The position numbers and the translations under genes were made by a program. 56,333 nucleotides of DNA, from assembly GCA_039811765.1 (NCBI GenBank), contig JBDHZF010000003.1:1-56333 (forward strand), in the 5' to 3' direction. Source of the DNA: Thermoleophilia bacterium. GTDB lineage: Bacteria > Actinomycetota > Thermoleophilia > Gaiellales > SKUG01. Positions 1 to 9,229 of the stretch are shown one piece after another; the first letter of the stretch is position 1, and every line of letters starts with the position of its first letter. The notes beneath the pieces are model-generated. The model was not told the origin of the DNA. It did not search any database and was given only the letters and a program-made list of their open reading frames with translations.

Positions 1-1488
1 CTCGGTGGCGAAGGTCGCGGCGCACGCACGTCCGAGAACGTCTTCGACATCCAGACGCCCGTGGCGATCACCATGTGCGTGCGCGACGCAGGCGCGAAGC
101 GCAAGCGACTTGCACGAGTCCACTACGCCGACTGGAGCGACGGCACACGTGCAGAGAAGCTTGCCCGGCTCGCGGCGGTCAGGCAGCTCGGCGACGTCGA
201 GTGGGAGACACTGACGCTGCCGGAATCCGGATCGCAGATCATCCCCGAAGGTGTAGGTGACTGGGCGGCGTGGCCGACGATCGAGCGTCTCATGCCGTGG
301 GCCTATTCGGGGGTACAGTTGAAGCGAACCTGGCCAGTCGCTCCCTCTGAAGCAGTCCTTGCCGATCGATGGGATGAATTCGTTCATTCAGCGGCGGCGA
401 ACCGAAGGGCGTTGTTCGTACCCACTCGCGATCGAGACCTGGATTGGTCAGGAAAAGTCGGGAAAGGCGTTTGCATTCCACCAAGGTGCCCACTTCTAGA
501 TGTCGAGCATCCAGATCCCGCTAGACGAAGCGAAGCGTCGCGCCAACCTACCGCTGTGCCGTTTGCGTATCGCTCGCTCGATCACGAGTACTTGCTACTC
601 GACGGCCGGCTTGGTGACTATCTCAAGCCGGTACTCTGGGAGATTCACGGCGATGCGCAGGCTTACCTTTGCACCATAGTCAAACACCCTTTGCAGGGCG
701 GTGTTGCGGCCGTCGTCGCTGGACCATCCCCTCCTGACATGGATGTGTTCTGCAATCGCGGACACGCCGGCAACTTCCCACTCTGGCGCGACATCGACGC
801 GACGGTCCCGAATGTCACACCGGGCCTCCTCGACCTGCTCACGAAGACGTACGGCCAGCCCGTGGATGCGCCGGCGCTCTTCTGCTATCTCGCCGGGATC
901 CTCGGCACGCCTGCGTACACAGCGCGATACGATGAGCAGCTCAAGCGACCGAATCCGCGCATCCCACTTGCCAAGACCGCCGGAGAATTCTTCGAAGTCG
1001 CCGAGCGCGGGCGGCGCATCGCCTTCCTCCATTCACGAGGCGCGCGCTTTGGTTCCAGCGGCGAGACGCTGCCTGCCGGCCGTGCACAGCTCGTGACCCC
1101 CGTCGAGACGAGCACGACCCCGGCCACCATGACCTACGACGCGTCGAGCGGCATCCTGCACGTCGGTGCGGGCGTCGTCGAGGGAGTATCACCCGAGGTC
1201 TGGGAGTTCGAGGCGTCGGGCTTCAAGATCGTGCAGGAGTGGATCCGACGCAGGCTCGCGCCGATCCCGGGCAAGGCGCGCTCCGAGCTGGACGCCATCC
1301 GTCCGATCGTCTGGGACGCGACGATGCAGCAGGACCTGCTGCGCACCATCTGGATCGCGGAGGAGCTCATCGAGCAGCATCAGCCGGCGATGGTCGAGCT
1401 GCTCGAGCGGATCGAAGCCAACGGCACCTGGAACGTCGACGACCTGCCCGAGCCGACCGAGGCGAGCACCAAGGCACCGAAGCTGTAG
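1..1488 (+). CDS. Type ISP-like restriction-modification enzyme / N6-adenine DNA methyltransferase, C-terminal part (5'-truncated by window)
   Basis: Frame is open from base 1 (LGGEGRGARTSENVFDIQTPVAIT). Motifs ENVFDIQ, YRSLDHEY, LFCYLAGILGTPAY..RY..L..PRIP and VWEFEASGFKIVQEW resemble the Type ISP C-terminal specificity region. Confidence 0.8.
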   Translation, partial: LGGEGRGARTSENVFDIQTPVAITMCVRDAGAKRKRLARVHYADWSDGTRAEKLARLAAVRQLGDVEWETLTLPESGSQIIPEGVGDWAAWPTIERLMPWAYSGVQLKRTWPVAPSEAVLADRWDEFVHSAAANRRALFVPTRDRDLDWSGKVGKGVCIPPRCPLLDVEHPDPARRSEASRQPTAVPFAYRSLDHEYLLLDGRLGDYLKPVLWEIHGDAQAYLCTIVKHPLQGGVAAVVAGPSPPDMDVFCNRGHAGNFPLWRDIDATVPNVTPGLLDLLTKTYGQPVDAPALFCYLAGILGTPAYTARYDEQLKRPNPRIPLAKTAGEFFEVAERGRRIAFLHSRGARFGSSGETLPAGRAQLVTPVETSTTPATMTYDASSGILHVGAGVVEGVSPEVWEFEASGFKIVQEWIRRRLAPIPGKARSELDAIRPIVWDATMQQDLLRTIWIAEELIEQHQPAMVELLERIEANGTWNVDDLPEPTEASTKAPKL

Positions 1489-1489
1489 G

Positions 1490-1750
1490 TCAGAGCAGCG
1501 TGGCCTGACCCGACTGCGCAGCCTCTGCGTTCGTCTGCGCCGAGAACGACGCGTACACGAGGCTCGACACCTGGCTGCTGGCCGAGCGGATCACGTTGAT
1601 CGCGTCCTCGATCGCCGCGGCGATCTCCTCGGGACCTTCCTCGCGGCGCACCACGGCTGCAACCTCCTTCGCGCGCCAGCGGAAGGCTCCGAGCTCCTTG
1701 AGGAGCTTCTCCGCTTCTACGAACGCGATCTCGTTGAGTTCACCAGCCAT
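1490..1750 (-). CDS. hypothetical protein (86 aa)
   Basis: Fills the gap convergently after the R-M gene; plausible helical protein; TACGCT -10-like box 9 nt upstream of the ATG. Confidence 0.55.
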   Translation of the reverse strand: MAGELNEIAFVEAEKLLKELGAFRWRAKEVAAVVRREEGPEEIAAAIEDAINVIRSASSQVSSLVYASFSAQTNAEAAQSGQATLL

Positions 1751-1920
1751 GTGGAAACGAGCGTAGCACGCCGATTCGGATGCACTCCGTCTCCACTGCG
1801 TGCGTCGGCCGGATCCGGCCTCATCCCGAACACCGAACGTCGCCGGACCGGAAGATACGATTCGCGGTCATAGAATCCACACCGCACGATGAGCACGACA
1901 ACTCCGAGACGGAAGTTCCC

Positions 1921-2649
1921 GTGACTTCGCAGGAGCCTCACGACGAATCGCACGCCTGTGCCTCCTGCGGGGCCCGTCTGGGATCGGGGAAGTTCTGTGC
2001 CGAGTGTGGAGCGCCCGTCGCACCGCAGGCACAGTCGCAGCCGTCGGAGCCGATGGCTGGCGCAGCGGACGATCCACGAGTATCGGACGAGCCGACGCCT
2101 GCGCGGCGTGGACGCCGCGCCATGCTCATCGCGATCCCGGTCGCGCTGATCCTGATCGCGATCGTCGGGGGTGGTGTCGCGTATTCCCAACACCAACGTA
2201 CGGTCGACCGGCGTGCACAGGCAGCCGCGGCCAAGAAACGAGCTGCGGCTCGACGCGAGCGCGCGCACGCGAAGGAGGTCGCGGTCAACGTCGCCTGCCA
2301 CGACATGCTTCAACCGCTCGTCGACGCCGAGCACGATCTGTCCGGCCGCCTCGACATCGGAATGACGTACGCGGACTATGGTTCAGCAGTTGGAACCGTC
2401 TCCGTCGCCTACGGGAATGTTGATGCTGACGCGCTCGAGGAAGATTTTGCGTGCTTGTCGGACATTGCAGTTCCAGCGGAGGCGGCATTCAATCAGTACC
2501 GTGCCGCGTACAACGTGTGGAACAACTGCTTCGAGAGCCTGAGCTGCGATACCGATTCGATCGACGGTACCCTGCAGAAGCATTGGACGCGCGCAGGAAC
2601 TCAACTCACAAAGGCCAAGAACGGACTCGAGGCACTTGAACTCGAGTAG
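1921..2649 (+). CDS. zinc-ribbon, single-TM membrane protein
   Basis: CASC..FCAECG double CxxC ribbon, TM segment MLIAIPVALILIAIVGGGVAY, coiled coil, Cys-containing outer domain. Start uncertain (ORF is open from 1780). Confidence 0.7.
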   Translation: MTSQEPHDESHACASCGARLGSGKFCAECGAPVAPQAQSQPSEPMAGAADDPRVSDEPTPARRGRRAMLIAIPVALILIAIVGGGVAYSQHQRTVDRRAQAAAAKKRAAARRERAHAKEVAVNVACHDMLQPLVDAEHDLSGRLDIGMTYADYGSAVGTVSVAYGNVDADALEEDFACLSDIAVPAEAAFNQYRAAYNVWNNCFESLSCDTDSIDGTLQKHWTRAGTQLTKAKNGLEALELE

Positions 2650-2670
2650 GAGCGCAAGGCTAGTCCTCGT

Positions 2671-3675
2671 TCACGCGCGCTCCACGGTGTTCTCGCCGAG
2701 CAGGCCTGTGGGTCGGAACACGAGGACCACGACGAGCACGCTGAAGATCACGACGTCCACCCAGCGATCGCCCAGGTAGAGCGACGAGTAGGCGTAGATC
2801 AGCCCGATCGAGATCGCGCCGACGACCGCGCCGGTGAGGTTGCCGATGCCGCCGAACACCGCGGCGGTGAACGCGAACATGCCGTTCTTGAAGCCGGCGT
2901 TCCACACGGTGGTGGTGTTGACGAGCGCATAGATCACGCCACCCGCGCCCGCGAGCAGGCCGCCGAGCAGGAACGTCATCGAGATCGTTCGGTTCACGTC
3001 GATGCCCATGATCGACGCCGCGCCCTGGTCCTGCGCGGTGGCGCGCATCGCCTTGCCCTGGCGCGTGCTGGAGACGAACCAGTTGAGCGACATCAGCAGC
3101 GGGATCGTCACCGCGATCACGAACACGTCCTTGAGGCGCACGTTGCCGAACACGGTGACGTTGCCGAGCAGGTCCGGCACGCTCACTTGGCTCGGACCCC
3201 AGATCTTCTGCGCGAGGTTCGACAAGATGAAGCTCATCCCGATCGCGGTGATCAGCGGCGCGAGCGGGGGCGCGTTGCGCAGCGGCTTGTAGGCGATCTT
3301 CTCGATGGTGACGTTGATCGCCGCGCACAGCAGCGAGCACGCGACGAGCGCGACGACGATGATCGCGACCTTCGCGAGCACGCCCGACCCAGCGGTGACG
3401 CCGCAGGAGACGATCAGCTGCATCGCGACCATCGAGCCGAGCATGAACACATCCGCATGCGCGAAGTTGATCAGCTCGATGATGCCGTACACCATCGTGT
3501 AGCCGAGCGCGATCAACGCGAGCGTCGCGCCGTAGGTGAGTCCGATCGTGGTCTGCCCCGCGAACGCCGCTGGGTCCTTCGCCGCCATCAGCACGAGCCA
3601 CAGCAGCAGCAAGCCCGCGGTGAGTTGCCCACCGCGATCGATCACGACTTGCTTTTGTGCGGCGCTCAGGTTCAT
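2671..3675 (-). CDS. livH: branched-chain amino acid ABC transporter permease
   Basis: ALIALGYTMVYGIIELINFAH, GKAMRATAQD, AAVFGGIGN and LVFRPTGLLG motifs. Confidence 0.93.
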   Translation of the reverse strand: MNLSAAQKQVVIDRGGQLTAGLLLLWLVLMAAKDPAAFAGQTTIGLTYGATLALIALGYTMVYGIIELINFAHADVFMLGSMVAMQLIVSCGVTAGSGVLAKVAIIVVALVACSLLCAAINVTIEKIAYKPLRNAPPLAPLITAIGMSFILSNLAQKIWGPSQVSVPDLLGNVTVFGNVRLKDVFVIAVTIPLLMSLNWFVSSTRQGKAMRATAQDQGAASIMGIDVNRTISMTFLLGGLLAGAGGVIYALVNTTTVWNAGFKNGMFAFTAAVFGGIGNLTGAVVGAISIGLIYAYSSLYLGDRWVDVVIFSVLVVVLVFRPTGLLGENTVERA

Positions 3676-4202
3676 CGCAGCTCCTGGAGCGCGGGTGGGA
3701 GCGGTGACGGCACCGACGTCTTCGACGCACGGTGCGCCTCGATCACCGCATCGGCGGCAGTTCTGACCCGAGCGAGCGCGGCACGCACCTCGGAGTGGGA
3801 CGTGCGAGTCGCCAAGGTGCTGGACACGTCGAGACGTGCGTACGGACGACTAGCACCCTGCGCAAGATCCTGCACGTGCTCTACGGCGCTCGTGACCTGG
3901 GTCGGCGCCGCATAGCGCATCTGCGCGGCATCGCCCACGCGCACGAAGCCATGGTGGACGAGCCGGGCACGCTCCACCCGATCGTGGTAGTTCAGGTGCC
4001 CGCGATCCAACAAGCTGCCGGAACCCGAGCGCGGAACCGACGACTCGACGACCTGCTCCAGGTCGACCACCGCGGCTCGCACCTTCGCGATGACGATGTC
4101 CACGCCCGCGAACGCGGCAGCGTCCGGATGGTGCGGGTACAACGGCCACGCGGTCTCCGCCGCACCGATGATCGCTTTGGCTTGACTCGTCGTCACGTTC
4201 AC
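3672..4202 (-). CDS. hypothetical protein inserted in liv operon
   Basis: GAGGGGG RBS before the GTG; stop overlaps the livH start (ATGA); no recognisable motif. Confidence 0.6.
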   Translation of the reverse strand: MNVTTSQAKAIIGAAETAWPLYPHHPDAAAFAGVDIVIAKVRAAVVDLEQVVESSVPRSGSGSLLDRGHLNYHDRVERARLVHHGFVRVGDAAQMRYAAPTQVTSAVEHVQDLAQGASRPYARLDVSSTLATRTSHSEVRAALARVRTAADAVIEAHRASKTSVPSPLPPALQELR

Positions 4203-4215
4203 CGTTCGTACCCCC

Positions 4216-5448
4216 TCATCCCTCGCCCACGTCGATCGTGCGATCGAACGCCCATGCGCCCTTGGTGACCTTCACGCCGCTCAGCACCGAGAGCGTGGTG
4301 TCGCCGGTGTCGGTCATCGAGAACGTGCCGAGCGCGCCCTCGTGGTCCTTGGTGGCGAACAGCTCCTTCAGCACGCACGCGCGGGTGACGCCGTCGCCGT
4401 CGGCGCAGCGCTTGATCGCCTCGATCGCGATGCCCGCCGCGTCGTACGCGTACGCGGTGTACGCCTGTGGGGCGCCGTGCTCCTTGGTGAACGCGTCGAC
4501 GAATTCCTTGCCCTTGCCTGTGAGCTTCTCCGGCGGGATGCCGCCGAACGTGGCGAGCGCGCCCTCGCCCGCGTCACCGGCGGCCTCCACGAAGGCGTCC
4601 TCGAAGATGCCGTCCGGACCCATGAAGTAGATGTCCTTGGATTCGGCGCGCAGGTCCTTGAGCAGCTGACCGGCGTTGTTCTGGGTGATGCCGCCGAAGA
4701 ACACGAGCTGGGCGCCGTCGCCCGTGATCTTCGGGATCAGGGGACGATAGTTCGACGCGAGCGGATCGATGCCCTCGTTGTCGACGACTTCGATGCCCGC
4801 CTCCTCCGCGGCGCCTTCGAACTGGTCGGCGAGTCCCTTGCCGTACGTCTCCTTGTCGTTCACCACGAACGCCTTCTCGACCTTGAGCTCGCTCGCCCAC
4901 TTGGCGGCGGCCTTCGCTTGCATGTCGTCGGCGAGCACCACGCGCAGGAAGTTGCGTTCACCGCTCGGGTAGTACTTGTCGGGCTCGCCCGGATCACCGC
5001 CGGACTTGGTGAGCCCGACCGCGGTTGCCGCGGGACTCACCATCGCGAGGCCGGCGCTGTTGGCGGTCTTGATCTGCACTTGCGCGCAACCGGAGTTCAT
5101 CGGGCCGATCACCACCACGACCTTCTGGTCCTGCGCGAGCTCGTTCATGTTGTCGGCGCACTTGGCTTCGTCCCACTTGCCAGCTTGGGCCGTGGCGTCG
5201 TCCATGCTGCGATAGGCGAGCTTCACGCCGCCCGCCTTGCCGTTGGTCTCGTCCACCGCCATTTGGATCGCTTGGACCATGCTCTCGGTCTGGGCGCGCG
5301 CGCTGCCGGTGAGCGGCAGGTCGGACGCGATCACCACGCTGGTGAGCGGCTTGCCGCTGGAGCCGCCGCTCGCGCCGCCGCCCCCGGCACAACCCGCGGC
5401 GACGAGCAGCGCGCCGAGCACGACGAGCGCTCGAACGAAGATGTGCAT
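4216..5448 (-). CDS. branched-chain amino acid ABC transporter substrate-binding lipoprotein (LivJ/LivK family)
   Basis: Lipobox VAAGC, SDLPLTG, IGPMNSG, YGKGLA, AYAYDA; AGGGG RBS before ATG 5448. Confidence 0.92.
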   Translation of the reverse strand: MHIFVRALVVLGALLVAAGCAGGGGASGGSSGKPLTSVVIASDLPLTGSARAQTESMVQAIQMAVDETNGKAGGVKLAYRSMDDATAQAGKWDEAKCADNMNELAQDQKVVVVIGPMNSGCAQVQIKTANSAGLAMVSPAATAVGLTKSGGDPGEPDKYYPSGERNFLRVVLADDMQAKAAAKWASELKVEKAFVVNDKETYGKGLADQFEGAAEEAGIEVVDNEGIDPLASNYRPLIPKITGDGAQLVFFGGITQNNAGQLLKDLRAESKDIYFMGPDGIFEDAFVEAAGDAGEGALATFGGIPPEKLTGKGKEFVDAFTKEHGAPQAYTAYAYDAAGIAIEAIKRCADGDGVTRACVLKELFATKDHEGALGTFSMTDTGDTTLSVLSGVKVTKGAWAFDRTIDVGEG

Positions 5449-5680
5449 TCCCCTGCTTCCCATGTCCGGCTATCGGGGTCTCGCGTGCGATGGCGTGCGT
5501 CGCGAAACGGCCTTCGTGCGGGCATCGCGTGTTGCAGGTGGCGGCGCGCGCTGGCCTTCGGCGGCCAGCGACTGGCCCGAATGGTGCAACATCCCTGCTC
5601 CCTGAACCGACACACAGGCACGAACTCGCCGCGTGCGGTCCCCAGCGCCGCGGTAGCCCAAGACGAGGAGCGGAGCGGCA

Positions 5681-6094
5681 ATGACCTTCATCGACAACGT
5701 GCGAACCTTCTTCGACAACCTCTTCGTGCCGCACGACGGGCTTTACGATCAGGCTAAGCAGTTGATCGCGCAGAACGATCCCGACGGAAACGGGCGCGTG
5801 GACGTGAGCGCGATCCAAAGCGGCGAACGAACGCCGCCACCCGGGCTGTTCGGCATCACGTCACGCGGATTCGCACGCGCAGATTCAGACGGAAACGGCG
5901 ATGGCCAAGCGACGGTGCGCGAGGTTCGCAACCTGCTCAAGCAGTACGACACGGGCGTGGACTGGGATCCGTCCAAGGCGGGCGACAAGCGCGTGGATGG
6001 CGTGGAGCTGCTGCGGTTGATGTCCGATCTTTCAATGCCGTCGTCCAACTCGTCCGTGGACCAAGCCGGTTCGGGCGCGAAGCAGGTGGCATGA
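5681..6094 (+). CDS. EF-hand-like putative calcium-binding protein
   Basis: Dx[DN]xDG-type loops NDPDGNGRVD, ADSDGNGDGQATVRE and GDKRVDGVE; GAGGAG/GGAG upstream. Confidence 0.65.
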   Translation: MTFIDNVRTFFDNLFVPHDGLYDQAKQLIAQNDPDGNGRVDVSAIQSGERTPPPGLFGITSRGFARADSDGNGDGQATVREVRNLLKQYDTGVDWDPSKAGDKRVDGVELLRLMSDLSMPSSNSSVDQAGSGAKQVA

Positions 6095-6122
6095 TTCGCG
6101 CCGCGCAGGGAACAAGCACGGC

Positions 6123-6386
6123 ATGGACTTGCGTTTCACGCCAATCACGGGCATCGTCGAAGTGATGGACGAGCAGCATCATCAGCAGCGGCAAGCATCG
6201 CTCGGCGATGCGTTGCAGCGACTTTCGGCGGCACGCGAGCAGCGCAGCTCGGTGGGCATGCTCGACCCGCTCGACGCAGTCTCGATGGACGAGCGCATCG
6301 CCGCGGCGGCGCCCGTGCGAACGGCGCGCCGGCGTCGCGGCCTGTTCAGCTTCTCCATGCGCGCGCGCAACGCGGTCGAGGGCTAA
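6123..6386 (+). CDS. hypothetical protein (87 aa)
   Basis: Fits between the EF-hand gene and the tRNA; AGGGA upstream. Confidence 0.5.
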   Translation: MDLRFTPITGIVEVMDEQHHQQRQASLGDALQRLSAAREQRSSVGMLDPLDAVSMDERIAAAAPVRTARRRRGLFSFSMRARNAVEG

Positions 6387-6460
6387 TAGCCACGGTCGGA
6401 CTCGAACCGACACTGGACGGGTTTTGAATCCGTTGCCTCTACCAATTGGGCTACGTGGCC
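6387..6460 (-). tRNA. tRNA-Leu(CAA), short variable arm
   Basis: GGCCACG/CGTGGCT acceptor stem, D-arm AATTGGTAGAGG, anticodon loop TTCAAAA, T-arm GTCGG-TTCGAGT-CCGAC; 74 nt; no encoded CCA. Confidence 0.95.
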
Positions 6461-6524
6461 GTGCATCGCCAATGCTACATGCGTTGCACGCTGGGGTACA
6501 TCTTCCGGCCCCAATGTACAACGC

Positions 6525-7463
6525 CTATGGGGTTCGTTCGTAGAAGGGTTTGAGCGAGCGCACGGTGGGTTCGAGGCGTTCGCGCTGGCCGGCGAGGTCG
6601 ACCATTTCCACTTGGCGATCGAGCGTGCGAAGCACTGGCGACAAATCCCGCCAGAGCGAGGCGAGCGCGAAGCGGCGAGCGTCGCCGTCCACGTCTGGAT
6701 CGAGTTCCACCGCCAGCACGAGCGACGGTTCGTCGTGGCGATCCGGCATGAACCATTGCAACTGCGTGCAGCGCGTGACGACCTCGTGTTCGGCGAGCAA
6801 GGTCGCGACGGCGTCGCGCGCGTCGTCGGGCATCTCGTCCTCGGCTGGCCCCACCACGACTTCCACGCCCTCGTCGATCACTTCCGTGCCATAGCCGCGC
6901 GCGGAATCGATCACGTCCTGCACCATGCGCGGGGTGAGCAGCAACGCCTCGTCCCCACCCGGATTGATGACGATGTTCGGCGGACCATCGTGGCCGGTGC
7001 CCAGCAGGGGAAACAGGTCGCGAACGGCGAGCGCCACGTAGCGCCCGCCATCCGGAATGAACGAGCCGAGCGCGCCCTCGTCGGTAAACATGGGGACGAT
7101 GTCGCCCTGCACGTCCGGGTGCCGCACGAGCACGAAGCTCAGCTCCAGCTCGCCATCGAGCGTGAGCTCGCCCGAACCATCCGACCCCTCGATCTCTTGA
7201 TCCTCGGGCACGAGCGCGATCAGCGTGGCGGAGAGCAAACCCGCGAACAGGCGCTTGGCAAGTTCGGGATCGTTCTCGCCACGCCGTGGATCGTTGAGCG
7301 AGCGGATCAGCGGCTCGTTCTCGAAGAACACGTGCGTGGGCAGCGCGAACGCGCCATCCGCGTCATCGCTCGATTCTTCGTCGGACGGTTCGGCATCGGC
7401 CTCCGGCCAGTCGCCGGAGGTCGAATCCTCGTCTTCGCGCTCGTCGTCGTGCTCGTGCCACAC
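6525..7463 (-). CDS. SseB family protein with SseB C-terminal domain
   Basis: Acidic N-terminus, VPMFTD and NIVINPGG motifs, then a C-terminal domain (EVVVGPAE..EPSLVLAVE); GAGGA upstream of GTG. Confidence 0.75.
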   Translation of the reverse strand: MWHEHDDEREDEDSTSGDWPEADAEPSDEESSDDADGAFALPTHVFFENEPLIRSLNDPRRGENDPELAKRLFAGLLSATLIALVPEDQEIEGSDGSGELTLDGELELSFVLVRHPDVQGDIVPMFTDEGALGSFIPDGGRYVALAVRDLFPLLGTGHDGPPNIVINPGGDEALLLTPRMVQDVIDSARGYGTEVIDEGVEVVVGPAEDEMPDDARDAVATLLAEHEVVTRCTQLQWFMPDRHDEPSLVLAVELDPDVDGDARRFALASLWRDLSPVLRTLDRQVEMVDLAGQRERLEPTVRSLKPFYERTP

Positions 7464-7525
7464 ATGTCCATCCTCGCATGGCCGCATGACACGCGCACGC
7501 CCGCCCGGGCACGTAGTATCCCCCA

Positions 7526-8566
7526 ATGCGAATCGGCATCCTCACTGGGGGCGGCGACTGCCCCGGATTGAACGCGGTCATCTCATCGGTGGCGCGGCGA
7601 AGCTGGGACCACGGCCACGAAATGGTCGGGTTCACCTATGGCTGGCGCGGCGTGATCGAGGACGACGTGATCCCCCTCACGCGCGACAACGTGCGCGGCA
7701 TCATGCGCGAGGGCGGGACGATCCTGCGCTCGAGCGGCGACAACCCGGCACACGGCGGCGATCGACCCGAACGCGTGATGGCGACCATCGCGAAGCACGA
7801 AATCGACGCGCTCGTCGTGGTCGGCGGCGAAGGCACGATGAAGGGCGCGCTGCACATGCACCGCGAGCACGGGTTGCCCGTGATCGGCGTGCCGAAAACG
7901 ATCGACAACGACCTGCCGGGCACGGAGCTCACGGTCGGATTCGACAGCGCGTTGGCGATCGCCACCGAGGCACTGGATCGACTCGCCACGACGGCGGAAA
8001 GCCATGACCGCGTGATGGTGTGCGAGGTCATGGGCCGCACCGCCGGATGGCTCGCGATGTACGCGGGCATCGCTGGCGGCGCGGACGTCATCTTGTTGCC
8101 GGAAATGGCGATGACAGTGGAGGACGCCGCCGACATCGTTCGCAAGCGCCACGGCCAGGGTCGCGACAGCTCGCTGATCGTGGTCGGCGAGGGGTACGAG
8201 CCGATTTCGAGCGGCGGGATCTTCGACGACGTCACGATCGACCAGCCACTCGACGCGTACGGCTATCCGCGACTGGGCGGCGTCTCGCACTACGTTGCGG
8301 ACGCGATCGAGAAGATCACCGGGTTCGAGACTCGCGTGACGATCCTCGGGCACGTGCAGCGCGGCGGCCCGCCCACGGCGCGCGATCGCGCGCTCGCGTC
8401 TCGCTTCGGGTTCCTCGCGGCGGATCTCGTGAACGACGGCCGCTTCGGCCTGCTCACCGCACAAGTGGGACGCGACGTCACCGCAGTGCCGCTGGAGCAA
8501 ACCGAGGGCGAAGCACGCGTGATCCCGCACGACTGGTTCCCGTTCGTCCAGTCGTTCATGGGATGA
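7526..8566 (+). CDS. pfkA: 6-phosphofructokinase
   Basis: ILTGGGDCPGLNA, GGTIL, PKTIDND, EVMGR and LGHVQRGG motifs. Confidence 0.95.
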   Translation: MRIGILTGGGDCPGLNAVISSVARRSWDHGHEMVGFTYGWRGVIEDDVIPLTRDNVRGIMREGGTILRSSGDNPAHGGDRPERVMATIAKHEIDALVVVGGEGTMKGALHMHREHGLPVIGVPKTIDNDLPGTELTVGFDSALAIATEALDRLATTAESHDRVMVCEVMGRTAGWLAMYAGIAGGADVILLPEMAMTVEDAADIVRKRHGQGRDSSLIVVGEGYEPISSGGIFDDVTIDQPLDAYGYPRLGGVSHYVADAIEKITGFETRVTILGHVQRGGPPTARDRALASRFGFLAADLVNDGRFGLLTAQVGRDVTAVPLEQTEGEARVIPHDWFPFVQSFMG

Positions 8567-8576
8567 CGCCGAGGTG

Positions 8577-9224
8577 TCAGTCGCGGGCGGCGGCGTCCGC
8601 GTACGCCGCGAGCGCGCTGGCGAGGCCCGTGTCGAGGTGCCCCTCGTCGAGCAGGAGCGCGTCCACGCCGGCGCGTTGCAGACGAGCGACGTGCTCGAGC
8701 GCGGCGATCGACTCGCTGAGCACGGGCCACCCGGCGGGGATCGCGGCGAGCAGGTCGAGCGTTCGATCCACATCCACGCTGCCGCCCGCGTCGCGATTGT
8801 CGACGTGCAGCACGTCGGCGCTGCCATCCACCACGCGCTCGATCTGCGCCTCGTCGTGCACCGTCACCACGACTTCCATGCCGCAGTCGTGCGCGGCGTC
8901 GAGCACCGCCGAATCGGCGTCGTCGTCAGGCAGCAGCAGCGCGTCGGCGCCGGCGTCGCGCAACGCCGCCACGCGCGACACGTCGTCCACTCCTCCGCGC
9001 GCGATGATCGGCAGCGCGCACGCGTCGCGCACGGCGCGGATGTCAGCCACGCCGAATCCGGCGTCGACCGACAAGCTGATCGCGATCGCGCCGGCCTGTT
9101 CGCACTCCGCGGCGATGCGCGCGATGTCGGCCGGCGCGCAGCGCGGCTCCACGATGAACGCGAGCTCGTCGGCGCTCAACACTTCGGTGAGCGAGCGAGC
9201 AGTCTTCGTGCCGTCTGCGTCCAT
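8577..9224 (-). CDS. degenerate indole-3-glycerol-phosphate synthase (TrpC)-like TIM barrel
   Basis: TrpC pattern GAIAISL, LPII, GADALLL, VH.E, NRD..VD, VLSES, GVDALL is present, but catalytic residues are altered. Confidence 0.72.
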   Translation of the reverse strand: MDADGTKTARSLTEVLSADELAFIVEPRCAPADIARIAAECEQAGAIAISLSVDAGFGVADIRAVRDACALPIIARGGVDDVSRVAALRDAGADALLLPDDDADSAVLDAAHDCGMEVVVTVHDEAQIERVVDGSADVLHVDNRDAGGSVDVDRTLDLLAAIPAGWPVLSESIAALEHVARLQRAGVDALLLDEGHLDTGLASALAAYADAAARD

Positions 9225-9229
9225 CGGGT

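Noticed and set aside
6387-6410. tRNA 3' end as attachment site for the left-end island
   Set aside because: No duplicate of the tRNA 3' sequence and no integrase found in the window.
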